A model generated the notes under the pieces. The model searched no databases, was not told the origin of the DNA, and saw only the letters and a list, made by a program, of their open reading frames with translations. Position numbers and translations under genes: made by a program. From NCBI GenBank assembly GCA_963799055.1, contig CAWCVP010000013.1:7866-71865 (forward strand): a DNA stretch of 64,000 nucleotides. The letters are read 5' to 3'. Positions 1 through 10,536 of the stretch are shown one piece after another. Source of the stretch: an uncultured Candidatus Rokubacteria bacterium. GTDB taxonomy: Bacteria; Methylomirabilota; Methylomirabilia; Rokubacteriales; DASRDR01. Position 1 is the first letter of the stretch. Every line of letters begins with the position of its first letter.

Positions 1-24
1 GCCGCCGGGAGGAGCTGGCTCCGC

Positions 25-517
25 ATGCACGCCTTCGACCTCGTCGTCTACCTCCTCGCGGCCGGCCTGGCGGTCGCCGCCTACCTCCGCGACCCGGGCC
101 TGCCGATGGTCGGCCTCCGCGCCGGCGGGCCAGCTGTTCCTGGACGTGATGCCGCGGCTCGTCGGCGCGCTCATCATGACGGGGATGCTCCAGGTGCTGA
201 TCGCGCCCGAGTGGATCCGGCACTGGCTCGGCAGCGGGTCGGGGCATCGGGGGATCTTCGCCGGCTTCGTGGCGGGCATCCTCACGCCGGGGGGGCCGCT
301 GGTGAGCTTCCCGATCATGGCGGTCTTCTACAAGGGCGGCGCGTCGCTCTCGGCCCTGGTCTGCTACATGACGAGCTGGTCGCTCTTCGGGTTCCAGCGG
401 GTCATCGCGTGGGAGCTGCCCTTCATGGGGAGCGGGTTCCTCCTCGCGCGCGTCCTGCCGACGCTCGCGTTCCCGATCGTGGCCGGCTATCTCGTGCGGT
501 TCATCTACGAGGACTAG
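25..517 (+). CDS. small multi-pass membrane permease-like protein; apparent frameshift near 128
   Basis: ATG at 25 follows GGGAGGAG. The hydrophobic N-terminus MHAFDLVVYLLAAGLAVAAY (frame 1) continues as QLFLDVMPRLVGALIMTGMLQVLI... in frame 2 (ORF 146..517). Several TM helices. Predicted-permease look, judged by eye only. Confidence 0.45.
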
Positions 518-693
518 GAGGTGACTGCTCGACCCGCGGGTCTGTCGCCGGCTCGCCCGGGCGCGGCTTCGCTCCGTCACCCGTTCGCCACAGGCCCGAC
601 GCGGTCGCGGCCCGATGCGAAGGGGTCCCACCGCTGTGCCGCGCCGGGGTCGAGCCGGCGCCACCCGCGGGCCTGCGACGACTGAGCCGCGCG

Positions 694-2158
694 ATGAGCT
701 TCCAGGATCTGCGCGAGTTCGTCGCCCTGCTCGAGAAGAAGGGCCAGCTGCGGCGCATCAAGGCGCCCGTGAAGCGGGAGCTCGAGATCACGGAGATCGC
801 CGACCGCGCCGTGAAGGGGCCGGCGAGCCAGAACCATGCCCTCCTCTTCGAGCGGGTCGAGGGGTGCTCCATGCCGGTCCTGATCAACACGTTCGGGACC
901 GAGGAGCGGACGGCGTGGGCGCTCGGGGTCGAGCGGCTCGACGAGCTCGGCGAGAAGGTGAAGGGGCTCCTCCAGCTCAAGATGCCGGGCTCGCTCCTCG
1001 AGAAGTTCCAGAAGGGCATGGATCTCCTCGACGTCGTGCGCGCGGGGCCGAAGGTCGTGAAGAGCGGCCCGTGTCAGGAAGTGGTCGAGACCGACAACCC
1101 GTCGATCGCCGGGCATGCCGGTGCTCTGGTGCTGGCCGAAGGACGCGGGGTACTACATCACCTTCCCGCTGGTGATCACGCGGGACCCGGTCACCGGGCT
1201 CCGGAACGTGGGCACCTACCGGATCCAGGTCCACGACGAGCGGACGCTCGGCCTCCACTGGCAGACCCACAAGGGCGGGGCCGAGCACGAGCGCGAGGCG
1301 CGCCGGACCGGCAAGGACCGCATCCCGGTGGCGATCGCGCTCGGCGCCGACCCGGCGACGATGTACGCGGGCACCGCGCCGCTCCCGCCGGGGCTCGACG
1401 AGATGCTGCTCGCCGGGTGGATCCGCGGGAAGGGCGTCGAGATGGTGAAGTGCCGGACGATCGACCTCGAGGTGCCGGCCCACGCGGAGATCGTGCTGGA
1501 GGGCTACTGCGACCCCGCGGAGTCGCGCGTCGAGGGGCCGTTCGGCGACCACACGGGCTACTACTCGCTCGCCCACCCCTACCCCGTCTTCCACCTCACC
1601 GCGGTGACGCGCCGCCGCGACGCGATCTACCCGACGATCGTCGTGGGGCGGCCGCCCATGGAGGACTACTGGCTCGGCAAGGCGACGGAGCGCCTGTTCC
1701 TGCCGATCATCCGGATGATGCTGCCGGAGATCGTCGACATGAACATGCCGGCCGAGGGCATCTTCCACAACCTCGTGATCGTCTCGGTGAAGAAGCGCTA
1801 CCCGGGTCAGGTCCGCAAGGTGATGTACGGGCTCTGGGGGCTCGGGCTCCTCATGCTGGCGAAGAACGTCGTCGTCGTCGACGAGTGGGTGAACGTCCAC
1901 GACCTCTCGGAGGTCGCCTGGCGCGTCACGAACAGCATCGACCCGGCGCGCGACCTGGTGGTCGTGGAGGGGCCGTCGGACGACCTCGACCACGCCGCGC
2001 TCCGCCACCGCTACGGCGGGAAGCTCGGGATCGACGCCACCGAGAAGCGGGCGCCGCTCGACCGCGTCGAGCAGCCGTGGCCGGAGGAGATCCGCATGTC
2101 CGACGAGATGCGGCAGCGCGTCGCCCAGCGGTGGCGCGAGTACGGCCTCGGGTCGTGA
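694..2158 (+). CDS. UbiD-family aromatic decarboxylase (UbiD/MqnL type); apparent 1-nt frameshift near 1112
   Basis: MSFQDLREFVALLEKKGQLRRIKAPV... in frame 1 joins ...PVLWCWPKDAGYYITFPLVITRDP...GPFGDHTGYY... in frame 2 (ORF 1115..2158). Both halves are collinear with UbiD-family proteins. Confidence 0.85.
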
Positions 2159-2223
2159 GCCCGCGCGGCTGAGCGTGCCGGGAGGCTCCGTCCGGACGTT
2201 CCTCCGCGCCGACCTGGGCGGTC

Positions 2224-2509
2224 GTGCTCGCGCCGGCCGTGCTCCTGCCGCTGCTCGGCGTCCTCGGGTTCCAGGCGACGCTGTTCCTCGCGTACCTCCT
2301 GGCCGTCGAGATCCCCTTCGCGCTCTTCCATCGCCTCGGCCTCCCGGTCGGGCGGCGGGGCGACTGGTTCGGCTATGCGTTCCCGAACGCCCTCGGCTGG
2401 ACGCTCATCGTCCTGACGGACGTCGATCGCCCTCTACCTCCTCGGCAGCGCCGCGTCCGCCGCCTGGACGCGGGCGCGGCGGGGGCCGCGCGCGAGGGGC
2501 GCCCGGTGA
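2224..2509 (+). CDS. hypothetical 3-TM membrane protein; apparent frameshift near 2418
   Basis: GTG start. Two TM helices lie in frame 1 (LLPLLGVLGFQATLFLAYLL, NALGWTLIVL). A +1 shift gives a third helix, SIALYLLGSAASAAW, plus a basic tail ending at TGA 2507..2509, which overlaps the UbiA GTG (GTGA). The ORF track fuses it to UbiA. Confidence 0.35.
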
Positions 2510-3354
2510 GCGCGCTCCGGCACTTCCTCGACGCGATCAAGGTCGAGCACACCGTCTTCGCGCTGCCGTTCGCCTACCTCGGCATGGTGCTGGCCGCGCG
2601 CGGGTGGCCCGGCTGGCACGCCTTCCTCTGGATCACGGTGGCCATGGTCGCGGCGCGGACGACGGCGATGGCGGCGAACCGGCTGATCGACCGCCACCTG
2701 GACGCGCGGAACCCGCGGACCGCTGGGCGGCACCTCCCGCGTGGGCTGCTCGCGCCCCGCGACCTCACGGTGGCGGCGGTGTGCTCGGCGGCGGTCTTCT
2801 TCCTCGCGGCCTGGCAGCTCGGGCCGCTCTGCCTCGCGCTCGCGCCGATCGCGCTCGTCTTCCTGGTCGGCTACTCCTACACCAAGCGCTTCACCTGGCT
2901 CTCGCACTGGATCCTCGGGTTCACCGACGGCGCGGCGGCGGCCGGGGCCTGGATCGCGGTGCGCGGGACGATGGAGGCGCCCGCGTGGCTCCTCTGGCTG
3001 GCCGTCACCGTGTGGATCGCGGGGTTCGATCTTCTCTACGCCTGCCAGGACGTCGAGTTCGACCGGCGCGAGGGGCTCCACTCGGTCCCCGCGCGGTTCG
3101 GGATCCCCGCCGCGCTGCAGGCGGCGCGCGCCTGCCACGTCCTCACCGCGCTCGCGCTGGCCGCCGCCGGGTGGACGCTCGGGCTCGGCGTGCTCTACTG
3201 GCTCGGGTGGCTGGTCGTGGTCGGGCTGCTCGTCTACGAGCACTCGCTCGTGTCGGCGGACGACCTGTCGCGGCTCGACATGGCGTTCTTCAACGTCAAC
3301 GGGTACATCAGCGTGATCACGTTCGTTGCTGCCGTGGCGGGCCTGTGGTACTGA
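2506..3354 (+). CDS. UbiA-family polyprenyltransferase (4-hydroxybenzoate/naphthoate prenyltransferase type)
   Basis: From VSALRHFLDAIKVEHTVFALPFAYLGM... with NRLIDRHLDARNPRT and a second Asp-rich motif DLLYACQDVEFD. About 282 aa from GTG 2506, the normal UbiA length. Sits next to UbiD and UbiE genes. Confidence 0.85.
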   Translation: MSALRHFLDAIKVEHTVFALPFAYLGMVLAARGWPGWHAFLWITVAMVAARTTAMAANRLIDRHLDARNPRTAGRHLPRGLLAPRDLTVAAVCSAAVFFLAAWQLGPLCLALAPIALVFLVGYSYTKRFTWLSHWILGFTDGAAAAGAWIAVRGTMEAPAWLLWLAVTVWIAGFDLLYACQDVEFDRREGLHSVPARFGIPAALQAARACHVLTALALAAAGWTLGLGVLYWLGWLVVVGLLVYEHSLVSADDLSRLDMAFFNVNGYISVITFVAAVAGLWY

Positions 3355-3467
3355 GGCCGCTGGCTGACGCGGATCCGGCCCGCGGGTCCTGTCGCCGGCG
3401 CCACCCGCGGGACCGGAGCGCGTGACACACGCGCCAGTCCGGCCGTGGCGGGGACAAGGCGGCGCGC

Positions 3468-4191
3468 GTGCGGCAGATGTTCGCGCGGATCGCGCCGCGG
3501 TATGACCTCATGAATCGGCTCATGACGGGCGGGCGCGACAGCGCGTGGCGGCGCGCCGCCGCGCGCCTCGCGGAGCCGCCGGCGGGCGGCGCTCGCCCTC
3601 GATCTGGCGACCGGCACCGGAGATCTGGCGCTCGCGCTCCTGCGCGAGACGGGGGTGCGCGGCGTGGTGGGCGTGGACTTCGTCGAGGGCATGCTGCGCC
3701 TCGGCCGGGAGAAGCTCGACGCGCTCGGCGAGCGGCGGATCCGGCTCCTCGCCGGGGACGCGCTCGCGCTGCCGTTCGCGGATGGCGCGTTCGGCTGCGT
3801 CGCCTCCGCGTTCCTGCTCCGCAACCTGGCGGACCTTCGCGCGGGGCTGGCGGAGATGCGGCGGGTGACGGCGCCGGGGGGGAGCGTCGTCGCGCTCGAG
3901 ATCACCCAGCCGACCTTGCCGGGGTGGCGGCAGGCGTTCCGGCTCTACTTCCACCGCGTCGTGCCGGCGGTGGGCGCGCTGATCGCGGGGAACCGCGAGG
4001 CGTACACGTACCTTCCCCAGTCGGTCGACCGCTTCGTGACGCCGGGCGAGCTGGCCCGGCTCATGGAGGCGGTGGGGCTCCGCGACGTGCGCGTCCGGCG
4101 CGTCGGCCTCGGGACCGTCACGATCCACGTTGGCCGCGTCGGCCACGCTGACCACGTCGGGCGCGCCCGCCCCGCGGGCGCCGCCGCCTGA
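3468..4191 (+). CDS. ubiE: UbiE/MenG-type class I SAM-dependent (demethyl)menaquinone/ubiquinone methyltransferase; apparent frameshift near 3590
   Basis: [29 protein letters not shown] (frame 3) continues as [13 protein letters not shown]...[10 protein letters not shown]...FLLRNLADL...PGGSVVALE (frame 1, ORF 3655..4191). Confidence 0.8.
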
Positions 4192-4207
4192 CCCGGAGGC
4201 TCCTTCG

Positions 4208-5015
4208 ATGCCCTTCCTCGACACGAACGGCTGTCAGCTCTACTACGAGACCCACGGCGAGGGGCCGGCGCTCGTCTTCGCCCACGGCCTCGGCGGGAGC
4301 CACCTCGCCTGGTGGCAGCAGGTGCCGCACTTCCGCGACCGCTACACGTGCGTCACCTTCGATCACCGGGGGTTCGGGCTCTCGCGGGAGGGGCATGGCG
4401 GCCCCGGCCCCGACGCGTTCGTCGACGACCTCGCCGCGCTGGTCGACCACCTGGGCCTCGCCGACGTCCGGCTGGTGGCCCAGTCGATGGGCGGCTGGAC
4501 CTGCCTCGGCTACGCGCTCCGTCATCCGGCGCGCGTCCGCGCCCTGGTCCTCGCCAGCACCACGGGCACGCTCGACGACCCGGAGACGCTCGCCCTCTTC
4601 CGCGCCCACGGCGCCGCGGCGCCCGAGGCCGCGGTCGCCGCGCGCGGCATCCACCCCGCGTGCGGCGAGCGGATGGCGCGGGAGCAGCCCGCCCTCCACT
4701 TCCTCTACCGGGAGATGGACGCCCTCTCCCACGACCTCGACAAGGTCGCGGTCCGGAAGAAGCTCGTCGCCATGCGGACGACGCCGCGCGCGGCGGTGGC
4801 GGCCCTCCGGATGCCGGTCCTCTGCCTCACCGGCGAGGAGGACATCGTCATCCCGCCGGCCGCCGTCGCGGTCCTCGCGTCGATCGTCCCGGGCGCGCGG
4901 CTCGCGCGGGTGCCCGGCGGCGGGGCACTCCGTCTACTGGGAGCGCCCGGTGGCCTTCAACCGGCTGGTGGACGACTTCCTCCGCGAGGCGGGCGCGGCG
5001 ACCCCGGCCGCGTGA
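4208..5015 (+). CDS. alpha/beta hydrolase; apparent frameshift near 4920 in a G-run
   Basis: GGAGG then ATG. MPFLDTNGCQLYYETHGEGPALVFAHGLGGS, nucleophile elbow AQSMGG. The C-terminal PGAGHSVYWERPVAFNRLVDDFL is recovered in the adjacent frame (ORF 4395..5015). Confidence 0.8.
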
Positions 5016-5136
5016 CCGCGCGGTCCCGGGCTGGCGCGCCCCGCGGGGCGCGCCTATACTCCAGTCGGGCCGCGGCACCGCGCCGCGGCCGCGACGACCG
5101 ATCCTCACGACGGACCTACTCGGGAAGGAGCCTGAC

Positions 5137-5925
5137 GTGCGCGAGAACACGGTGAAGTCGATCTGGGCCAAGGGCGGGGTCGTGGTCAACGGGTGGCTGT
5201 CGATCCCGTCGAGCTTCTCGGCGGAGGTGATGGCGCACCAGGGCTTCGACTCCCTGGTCGTGGACATGCAGCACGGCGTGGTCGACTACCAGACCGCCGT
5301 GACGATGCTCCAGGCGATCTCGACGACGGGCGTCATCCCGTTCGCGCGGGTGCCCTGGAACGACCCGGCCCACATCATGAAGATCCTGGACGCCGGCGCC
5401 TACGGGATCATCTGCCCGATGATCAACTCCCGGAAGGAGGCCGAGCAGCTGGTCCGCACGTGCAAGTACGCGCCGAAGGGCTACCGGAGCTTCGGGCCGG
5501 TGCGCGCGTCGATCTACGCCGGCTCGGACTACGCCCAGCACGCGAACGACACGCTCGTCGTGATGCCGATGATCGAGACGAAGGAAGCCGTCCAGAACAT
5601 CGACGAGATCCTGAGCACGCCGGGGGTCGACGCGATCTACGTCGGCCCGGCGGACCTCTCGCTCACGCTCGGCTGCACGCCGAAGCTCGACCAGACCGAG
5701 GCGCCGGTCGTCGAGGCCCTCGGGAAGATCCTGGCCGCCTGCAAGCGCCACAAGGTGATCGCCGGCCTCCACAACGCGACCAGCGGCTACGCGCTCAAGA
5801 TGGCCAGCCAGGGCTGGCAGTTCGTGACGCTGGCGAGCGACAGCCGGTTCCTCGCCGCGCGGGCCGCCGAGGAGGCCGCCGCGGTCAAGCAGACGGTGGC
5901 GAGCGGGAAGCTCCCCGCCTACTAG
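5137..5925 (+). CDS. HpcH/HpaI-family 2-keto-3-deoxy-acid aldolase
   Basis: GGAAGGAG then GTG at 5137. WLSIPSSFSAEVMAHQGFDSLVVDMQHG...VMPMIETKEAVQNIDEI...VGPADLS is typical of HpcH/HpaI aldolases. Intact. Confidence 0.85.
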   Translation: MRENTVKSIWAKGGVVVNGWLSIPSSFSAEVMAHQGFDSLVVDMQHGVVDYQTAVTMLQAISTTGVIPFARVPWNDPAHIMKILDAGAYGIICPMINSRKEAEQLVRTCKYAPKGYRSFGPVRASIYAGSDYAQHANDTLVVMPMIETKEAVQNIDEILSTPGVDAIYVGPADLSLTLGCTPKLDQTEAPVVEALGKILAACKRHKVIAGLHNATSGYALKMASQGWQFVTLASDSRFLAARAAEEAAAVKQTVASGKLPAY

Positions 5926-5973
5926 GCCGCCCGGTGGTGGATCGCCGGTATGTCTTTGAATGCCGCGCGGGTT

Positions 5974-6106
5974 GTGACGGCCGCCTGCCCGGCGCGCCGA
6001 GGCTCCGGGTCCCTTTCTCCGGCGCAGGTCGCGAAGCGCTGCTTCGGCGACCCGTCGCGGAGGGGAGCCCGCATCCGCCTCGGCGCGCCGGGCAGCCGGC
6101 CGTCAC
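5974..6106. repeat. 29-bp inverted repeat (1 mismatch) around a 75-nt GC-rich spacer
   Basis: GTGACGGCCGCCTGCCCGGCGCGCCGAGG (5974..6002) pairs with CCTCGGCGCGCCGGGCAGCCGGCCGTCAC (6078..6106). The spacer holds a sub-hairpin, GTCGCGAAGC/GCTTCGGCGAC. Intergenic, 77 nt upstream of the GTG at 6183. Confidence 0.6.
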
Positions 6107-6182
6107 TAGCGCGGGATCGCTCGCCACTCCCCCACCACTATCAACGTAGTAACAGGGCTCGCGGCGTGGACCGCCTCGCGCC

Positions 6183-8292
6183 GTGACGACGCAGCCGGTC
6201 GGCGACGTGCTGGCGCCGTTCCCGCCGGAGCGGACGTGGCTCCTGCCCGCGCTCCAGGCGGTCCAGGCGGAGCGCGGCTGGCTCTCGGCCGACGACCTCG
6301 CAGCCGTCGCGCGGCACCTTCACGTGCCGGCGAGCGAGGTGTACGGCGTCGCGACGCACTACCCCGAGCTGCGGCTCGCCGCGCCGGGACGGCATGTCGT
6401 CCGCGTGTGCGCGGGCGTGTCCTGCCGGGTGAACGGGAGCCTCGGGCTCCTGGCGGAGCTCGGGCGGCGGCTCGGCGTCGAGGCCGGGCGCACGACGGCC
6501 GACGGCGAGGTCACGCTGGAAGAGGCGGACTGCTGCTTCGTCTGCAGCGTCGCGCCCGTGGTCGAGGTGGACCACGCGTATCTCGGGGCGCCGACGGCCG
6601 ACGCCGTGCTCGCCGCGTGCCGCGCGCCGCATGCCGCGCATCCGGCCGTGCCGTTCGGCGCGGCGATGACGGGTCCGCTCGCCGCGGCGACCCGCGACGC
6701 GCCGGCGGCGGCCGAGGGGCCGGCCGGAGCGACCGCCCGCGACCGGCTCGAGGGGCTCGTCGACTCGCGCGCGAGCGGGCCTGTCTCGGTCGACGACGCG
6801 GCTCCTCGTCGCGACGGGCTCCTGCGGGCTCGCCCGGGGCGCGGCGTCGACCCGCGACGCGCTCCGCGAGGCGGTCCGGCGCGCGGGGCTCGACGCCGTC
6901 GTCGAGGACGGCGCCTGCAGCGGCCTCTGCCACGCCCAGCCCGTGGTCGAGGTCCTGACGCCGGGCGTGCCGCGGCTCACGGTGGAGCGCGTCACCGTCG
7001 AGCGCGTTCCGGCTCTCCTGCCGGCTCCTGCGCGGGGCCGCCGACCACGGGCTCTCGGCGACGGCGTGGCCCCTGCGGCCCACCCGGTCCTCGGCGGCCA
7101 GGAGCGGGTGCTCGCCGAGCGCTGGGGCGCGCTCCGACCCGGCTCGCTCGACGACGCGCTGCTCGCGGGCAGCTACGCGGCGCTCGCGAGCGCGCTCGAC
7201 GCGGGCGACCCGGGCGCCGTGACCGCGGCCGTGAAGGGCGCGGGGCTCCTCGGCCGCGGCGGCGCGTACTTCCCGGCGGCGGTCAAGTGGGAGGGCTGCC
7301 GCGCCGCGCGCGGCGCGCCGAAGTACCTGGTCGCCAACGGCGAGGAGGGCGAGCCCGGCATCTTCAAGGACCGCCACCTGATGGAGGCCGATCCCCACCG
7401 GTTGCTCGAGGGCATGCTCCTGGCGGCGTACGCCGCGGGCGCGAGCCGGGGCATCCTCTATATCCACGGCGAGGCCGGCCTCTCCGCCGCGCGGTGCGCC
7501 GAGGCCGTGCGGGAGGCGTCCGGCGCGGGGCTCCTCGGCTCGCGCGTCCTCGGCACCGACTTCGCCTTCGAGGTCGAGATCCGGCGGGGCGCGGGCGGCT
7601 TCGTCCTGGGCGAGGAGACGGCGCTCCTCGAGTCGATCGAGGGGAAGCGGGCGATGCCGCGCCCGAAGCCGCCATTCCCCGTCGAGGCCGGCGTCCACGG
7701 GCGGCCCACGGTCATCAACAACGTGGAGACGCTCTCCGCGGTGCCGCTCATCGTCGGCGGCCGGCCCGAGGCCGCGCGGACGAAGCTCTTCGGCCTCTCG
7801 GGCCACGTCGCGCGGCCGGGCGTCGTCGAGGCCGCGCCGCCGCTGACGCTCCGGCGGCTCGTCGACGGGCTCGGCGGCGGCCTCGCCACCGGCCGGCCCC
7901 TCGGCGCGGTGGTGATCGGCGGGCCGTCGGGGATCGTCGTCCCGCCGGCCTTCCTCGACCGGCCGCTCGAGCGGCCGACGCTCTCGCCGGGGACCGGCGG
8001 GATCGCCGCCCTCGACGACCGGGCGGACGTCCGCGACGTGGTCCGCACGCTCCTCGCGTTCAACGCCCGCGAGTCCTGCGGCAAGTGCACGCCGTGCCGC
8101 GAGGGCACGGCCCGGCTGGTGGAGCTCCTCGACGGCGTCGGCCGCGCGGGCGTCGCGGAGTCGCTGGGCCAGCTCCGCGAGCTGGCGGACGTGGTCCAGC
8201 TCGCCTCGCTCTGCGGCCTGGGCCAGGCCGCGCCCTTGTCGCTCCGCGCGGGGCTCGAGCACTTCCCGGAGCGCTTGACGGGCGCCCGCTGA
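6183..8292 (+). CDS. NAD-dependent formate dehydrogenase beta / NuoE-NuoF fusion flavoprotein; apparent frameshift near 6780
   Basis: NuoE-like 2Fe-2S part (VCAGVSC...CCFVCSVAP) in frame 3. Then a thioredoxin-like 2Fe-2S domain (LLVATGSCGLARGA...GACSGLCHAQP) and NuoF motifs (GRGGAYFPAAVKW, ANGEEGEPGIFKDR, ESCGKCTPCREG) in frame 1. Confidence 0.85.
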
Positions 8293-8305
8293 CGCATCCT
8301 CCCCG

Positions 8306-9274
8306 ATGACGTCGGGCGCGGCCGGGGGACGCGGCCTCTGGGCCGCGGCGGCCGTCCCGATCGGCGCCGCCGTGGACGCGGCGCTCCTCGACGACGAGGC
8401 CTACGTCCGGACCCTCCTCCGCGAGTTCAACGCCGTCACTCCGGAGAACGCGATGAAGTGGGGGCCCGTGCATCCGGCCGAGCACGGGTGGGACTTCGGC
8501 CCGGCGGACCGGATCGTCGACTTCGCGGAGGCCCACCGCCTGCGCGTCCACGGTCACACGCTCGTCTGGCACGAGCAGCTGCCCGACTGGCTCACGCCGG
8601 CGCTGACGCGGCGCCGGGCGGCGCGCGTCCTCGCCGCGCACGTCGAGACCCTCGTGGGTCGCTACCGTGGGCGCGTGGCCGCGTGGGACGTCGTGAACGA
8701 GGCGGTGGGCGACGGTGGCCGGCTGCGCCCGAGCGTCTTCCTGCGCACCCTCGGGTCGGGCTACGTCGCGGAGGCCTTCCGCCTGGCCCACGCGGCCGAT
8801 CCGGCCGCCCGGCTCTACTACAACGACTACGGCGCCGAGGGCCGCGGCCCGAAGTCCGACGCGGTCTACGCGCTTGCGCGGCGCCTCGTCGAGCAGGACG
8901 TCCCGATCCACGGCGTCGGGCTCCAGATGCACCTGCGCGCCACCCATCCGCCCGCACCCGACGCCATCCGGGCGAACGTGGCGCGGCTCGCCGCGCTCGG
9001 CCTCGAGGTCCGCATCTCGGAGATGGACGTGCGGATCCGGCGCGTCCGGCGGCCCGATCCCCTGGCCGTCCAGGCGCGCGTGTATCACGACGCGATCGCC
9101 GCGTGCGCGGAAACGCCCGGCTTCGCCGGCGTGACGTTCTGGGGCGTGAGCGACGCGCACTCCTGGATCGACGCCCGCTTCGGCGAGGACGATCCCCTGC
9201 TCCTCGACGCCGACTACGCGCCGAAGCCCGCCTACTTCGGGGTCCGCGCCGCCCTGGCCGCGGGTCGGCGATGA
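8306..9274 (+). CDS. glycoside hydrolase family 10 (endo-1,4-beta-xylanase-like)
   Basis: FNAVTPENAMKW, HGHTLVWHEQLP, WDVVNEA (acid/base Glu), YYNDY, ISEMDV (nucleophile Glu), GVTFWGVSD. Intact. No recognisable signal peptide. Starts 14 nt after the stop of the 6183..8292 gene. Confidence 0.85.
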   Translation: MTSGAAGGRGLWAAAAVPIGAAVDAALLDDEAYVRTLLREFNAVTPENAMKWGPVHPAEHGWDFGPADRIVDFAEAHRLRVHGHTLVWHEQLPDWLTPALTRRRAARVLAAHVETLVGRYRGRVAAWDVVNEAVGDGGRLRPSVFLRTLGSGYVAEAFRLAHAADPAARLYYNDYGAEGRGPKSDAVYALARRLVEQDVPIHGVGLQMHLRATHPPAPDAIRANVARLAALGLEVRISEMDVRIRRVRRPDPLAVQARVYHDAIAACAETPGFAGVTFWGVSDAHSWIDARFGEDDPLLLDADYAPKPAYFGVRAALAAGRR

Positions 9275-9288
9275 GGCCTCAGCGAGTC

Positions 9289-10500
9289 GCCCTGGGGACC
9301 GTCCTCGCCGCGAGCTCGCCGATCCGTGTCCCCATCGCGCTGCCGACCTCCGTCGAGTTGCGGTAGTGCACCCCGTCGTAGATGCGGGCCAGGGCGACTT
9401 CCCGGACGAAATCGCCGACGCTCGCCCCACGTGCGCACGGCGCCGCCGGCGGTCGAGCTGGCCGAGCTCAGCGTCGGCGACCGTCCGGTGCCGATCTCGG
9501 CCGCGAGCACGGCGCCGAGAGATGCGGAGACGATGCAATGGGCGCAGGGATACTCGGGGTGCATCGGGGTGTCGATGAACGGCGTCCAGGCGGGATCGCG
9601 CAGGTCGCCCTCGGCGTTGCGAATGGCCGTGACCGGGCGCCAGAGGTTGTAGGTGTACTTCGCGTCGAACACGGCGATCAGCGCGTCGTCCATCGCCATC
9701 GCCGCCACCGCCAGGAAGCGCGCGTTGTCGCTCTCGTTGCGGCCCGGCACGTTCGCGACCGAGCGCGCCACCGGCCAGTAGACGGCCGGGGCCGTCGCTT
9801 CCCAGAACTGGGCGATGGCGGTCTGCTCCGGCGTGCGCTGGGCGCTGGTCTTCCCGCCGAGCGCCTTGATCTCGGTCAGGTCGCGCTTCCACGTGTCACT
9901 CGTCAAGCTGGGCGGCGGGCCCGGACGGAACTGGTCGCCACTGGCCATCACCCACGGCTTCCGCTTGCCCCAGTGGGGGACGGCGGGAAAGACCGTCGGC
10001 ACGTAGACGCCCGGGGTGGTGTGGGGTCGATACGTGTTGGGCGCCACCGCCCCGTCGTTCGCGCACGAGGCCACGATGGCCTCCGCCGCCTGCTCGCCGA
10101 CCGCGATGCCAGCGGTCTTCGCGGGGCCGTCGGGCACCAGCTTCAGGGCGGCCTGGTAGTCCGCCTCGATCGCCGCCTGCTGGGTCGGCATGAGCTTCAG
10201 CAGGGCGGTCCGTGTCGCCGAGGCCACGGCCGCGTCCAGCGAGGCGCCGGGCGCGGCGCTGACCTTCGCGCGAAACGCGGGGTACCGCCCGGTGACCGCG
10301 TTGACGGCGTCGAAGACCGAGACCTGCACGATCGCCATCATCCTCACGGCGATGGGCGTCGACGGATGCCGGGACGCGATCGTCGCGGCCTTCTCGTTCG
10401 CGTCGGTGACGACGTCGGCGTGAGCCCACGGGGCGCCGACCAGCGCCATCGCGGTCAGGAGCCCGATGACGATGCGGAATGACCCACCTGTGGTCCTCAT
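9289..10500 (-). CDS. secreted PAP2 / vanadium-haloperoxidase-like protein; apparent frameshift near 9420
   Basis: Signal peptide MRTTGGSFRIVIGLLTAMALVGAPWAHA. Motifs KYTYNLWRP and PEYPCAH. The third motif, ARIYDGVHYRNS, and the stop (9289) are recovered only after a 1-nt shift. Strong RBS GAAGGAGG. Confidence 0.75.
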
Positions 10501-10536
10501 GGCGTGTCCTCCTTCGCGAGCCCTCCGGTTCGCGGA

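Noticed and set aside
2224-3354. Single 376-aa UbiA protein with a long N-terminal extension
   Set aside because: The UbiA homology starts near the GTG at 2506. The upstream part gains a third TM helix and a stop overlapping that GTG after a 1-nt correction. Two genes are the more economical reading, although this is unproven.
5926-6182. Calling the leader hairpin a Moco/Tuco riboswitch
   Set aside because: The context is attractive because it lies upstream of an FDH gene. However, I could not match the conserved core of that motif from memory. The near-perfect 29-bp arms look more like a simple palindrome. I left it as an unclassified inverted repeat pending a covariance-model search.
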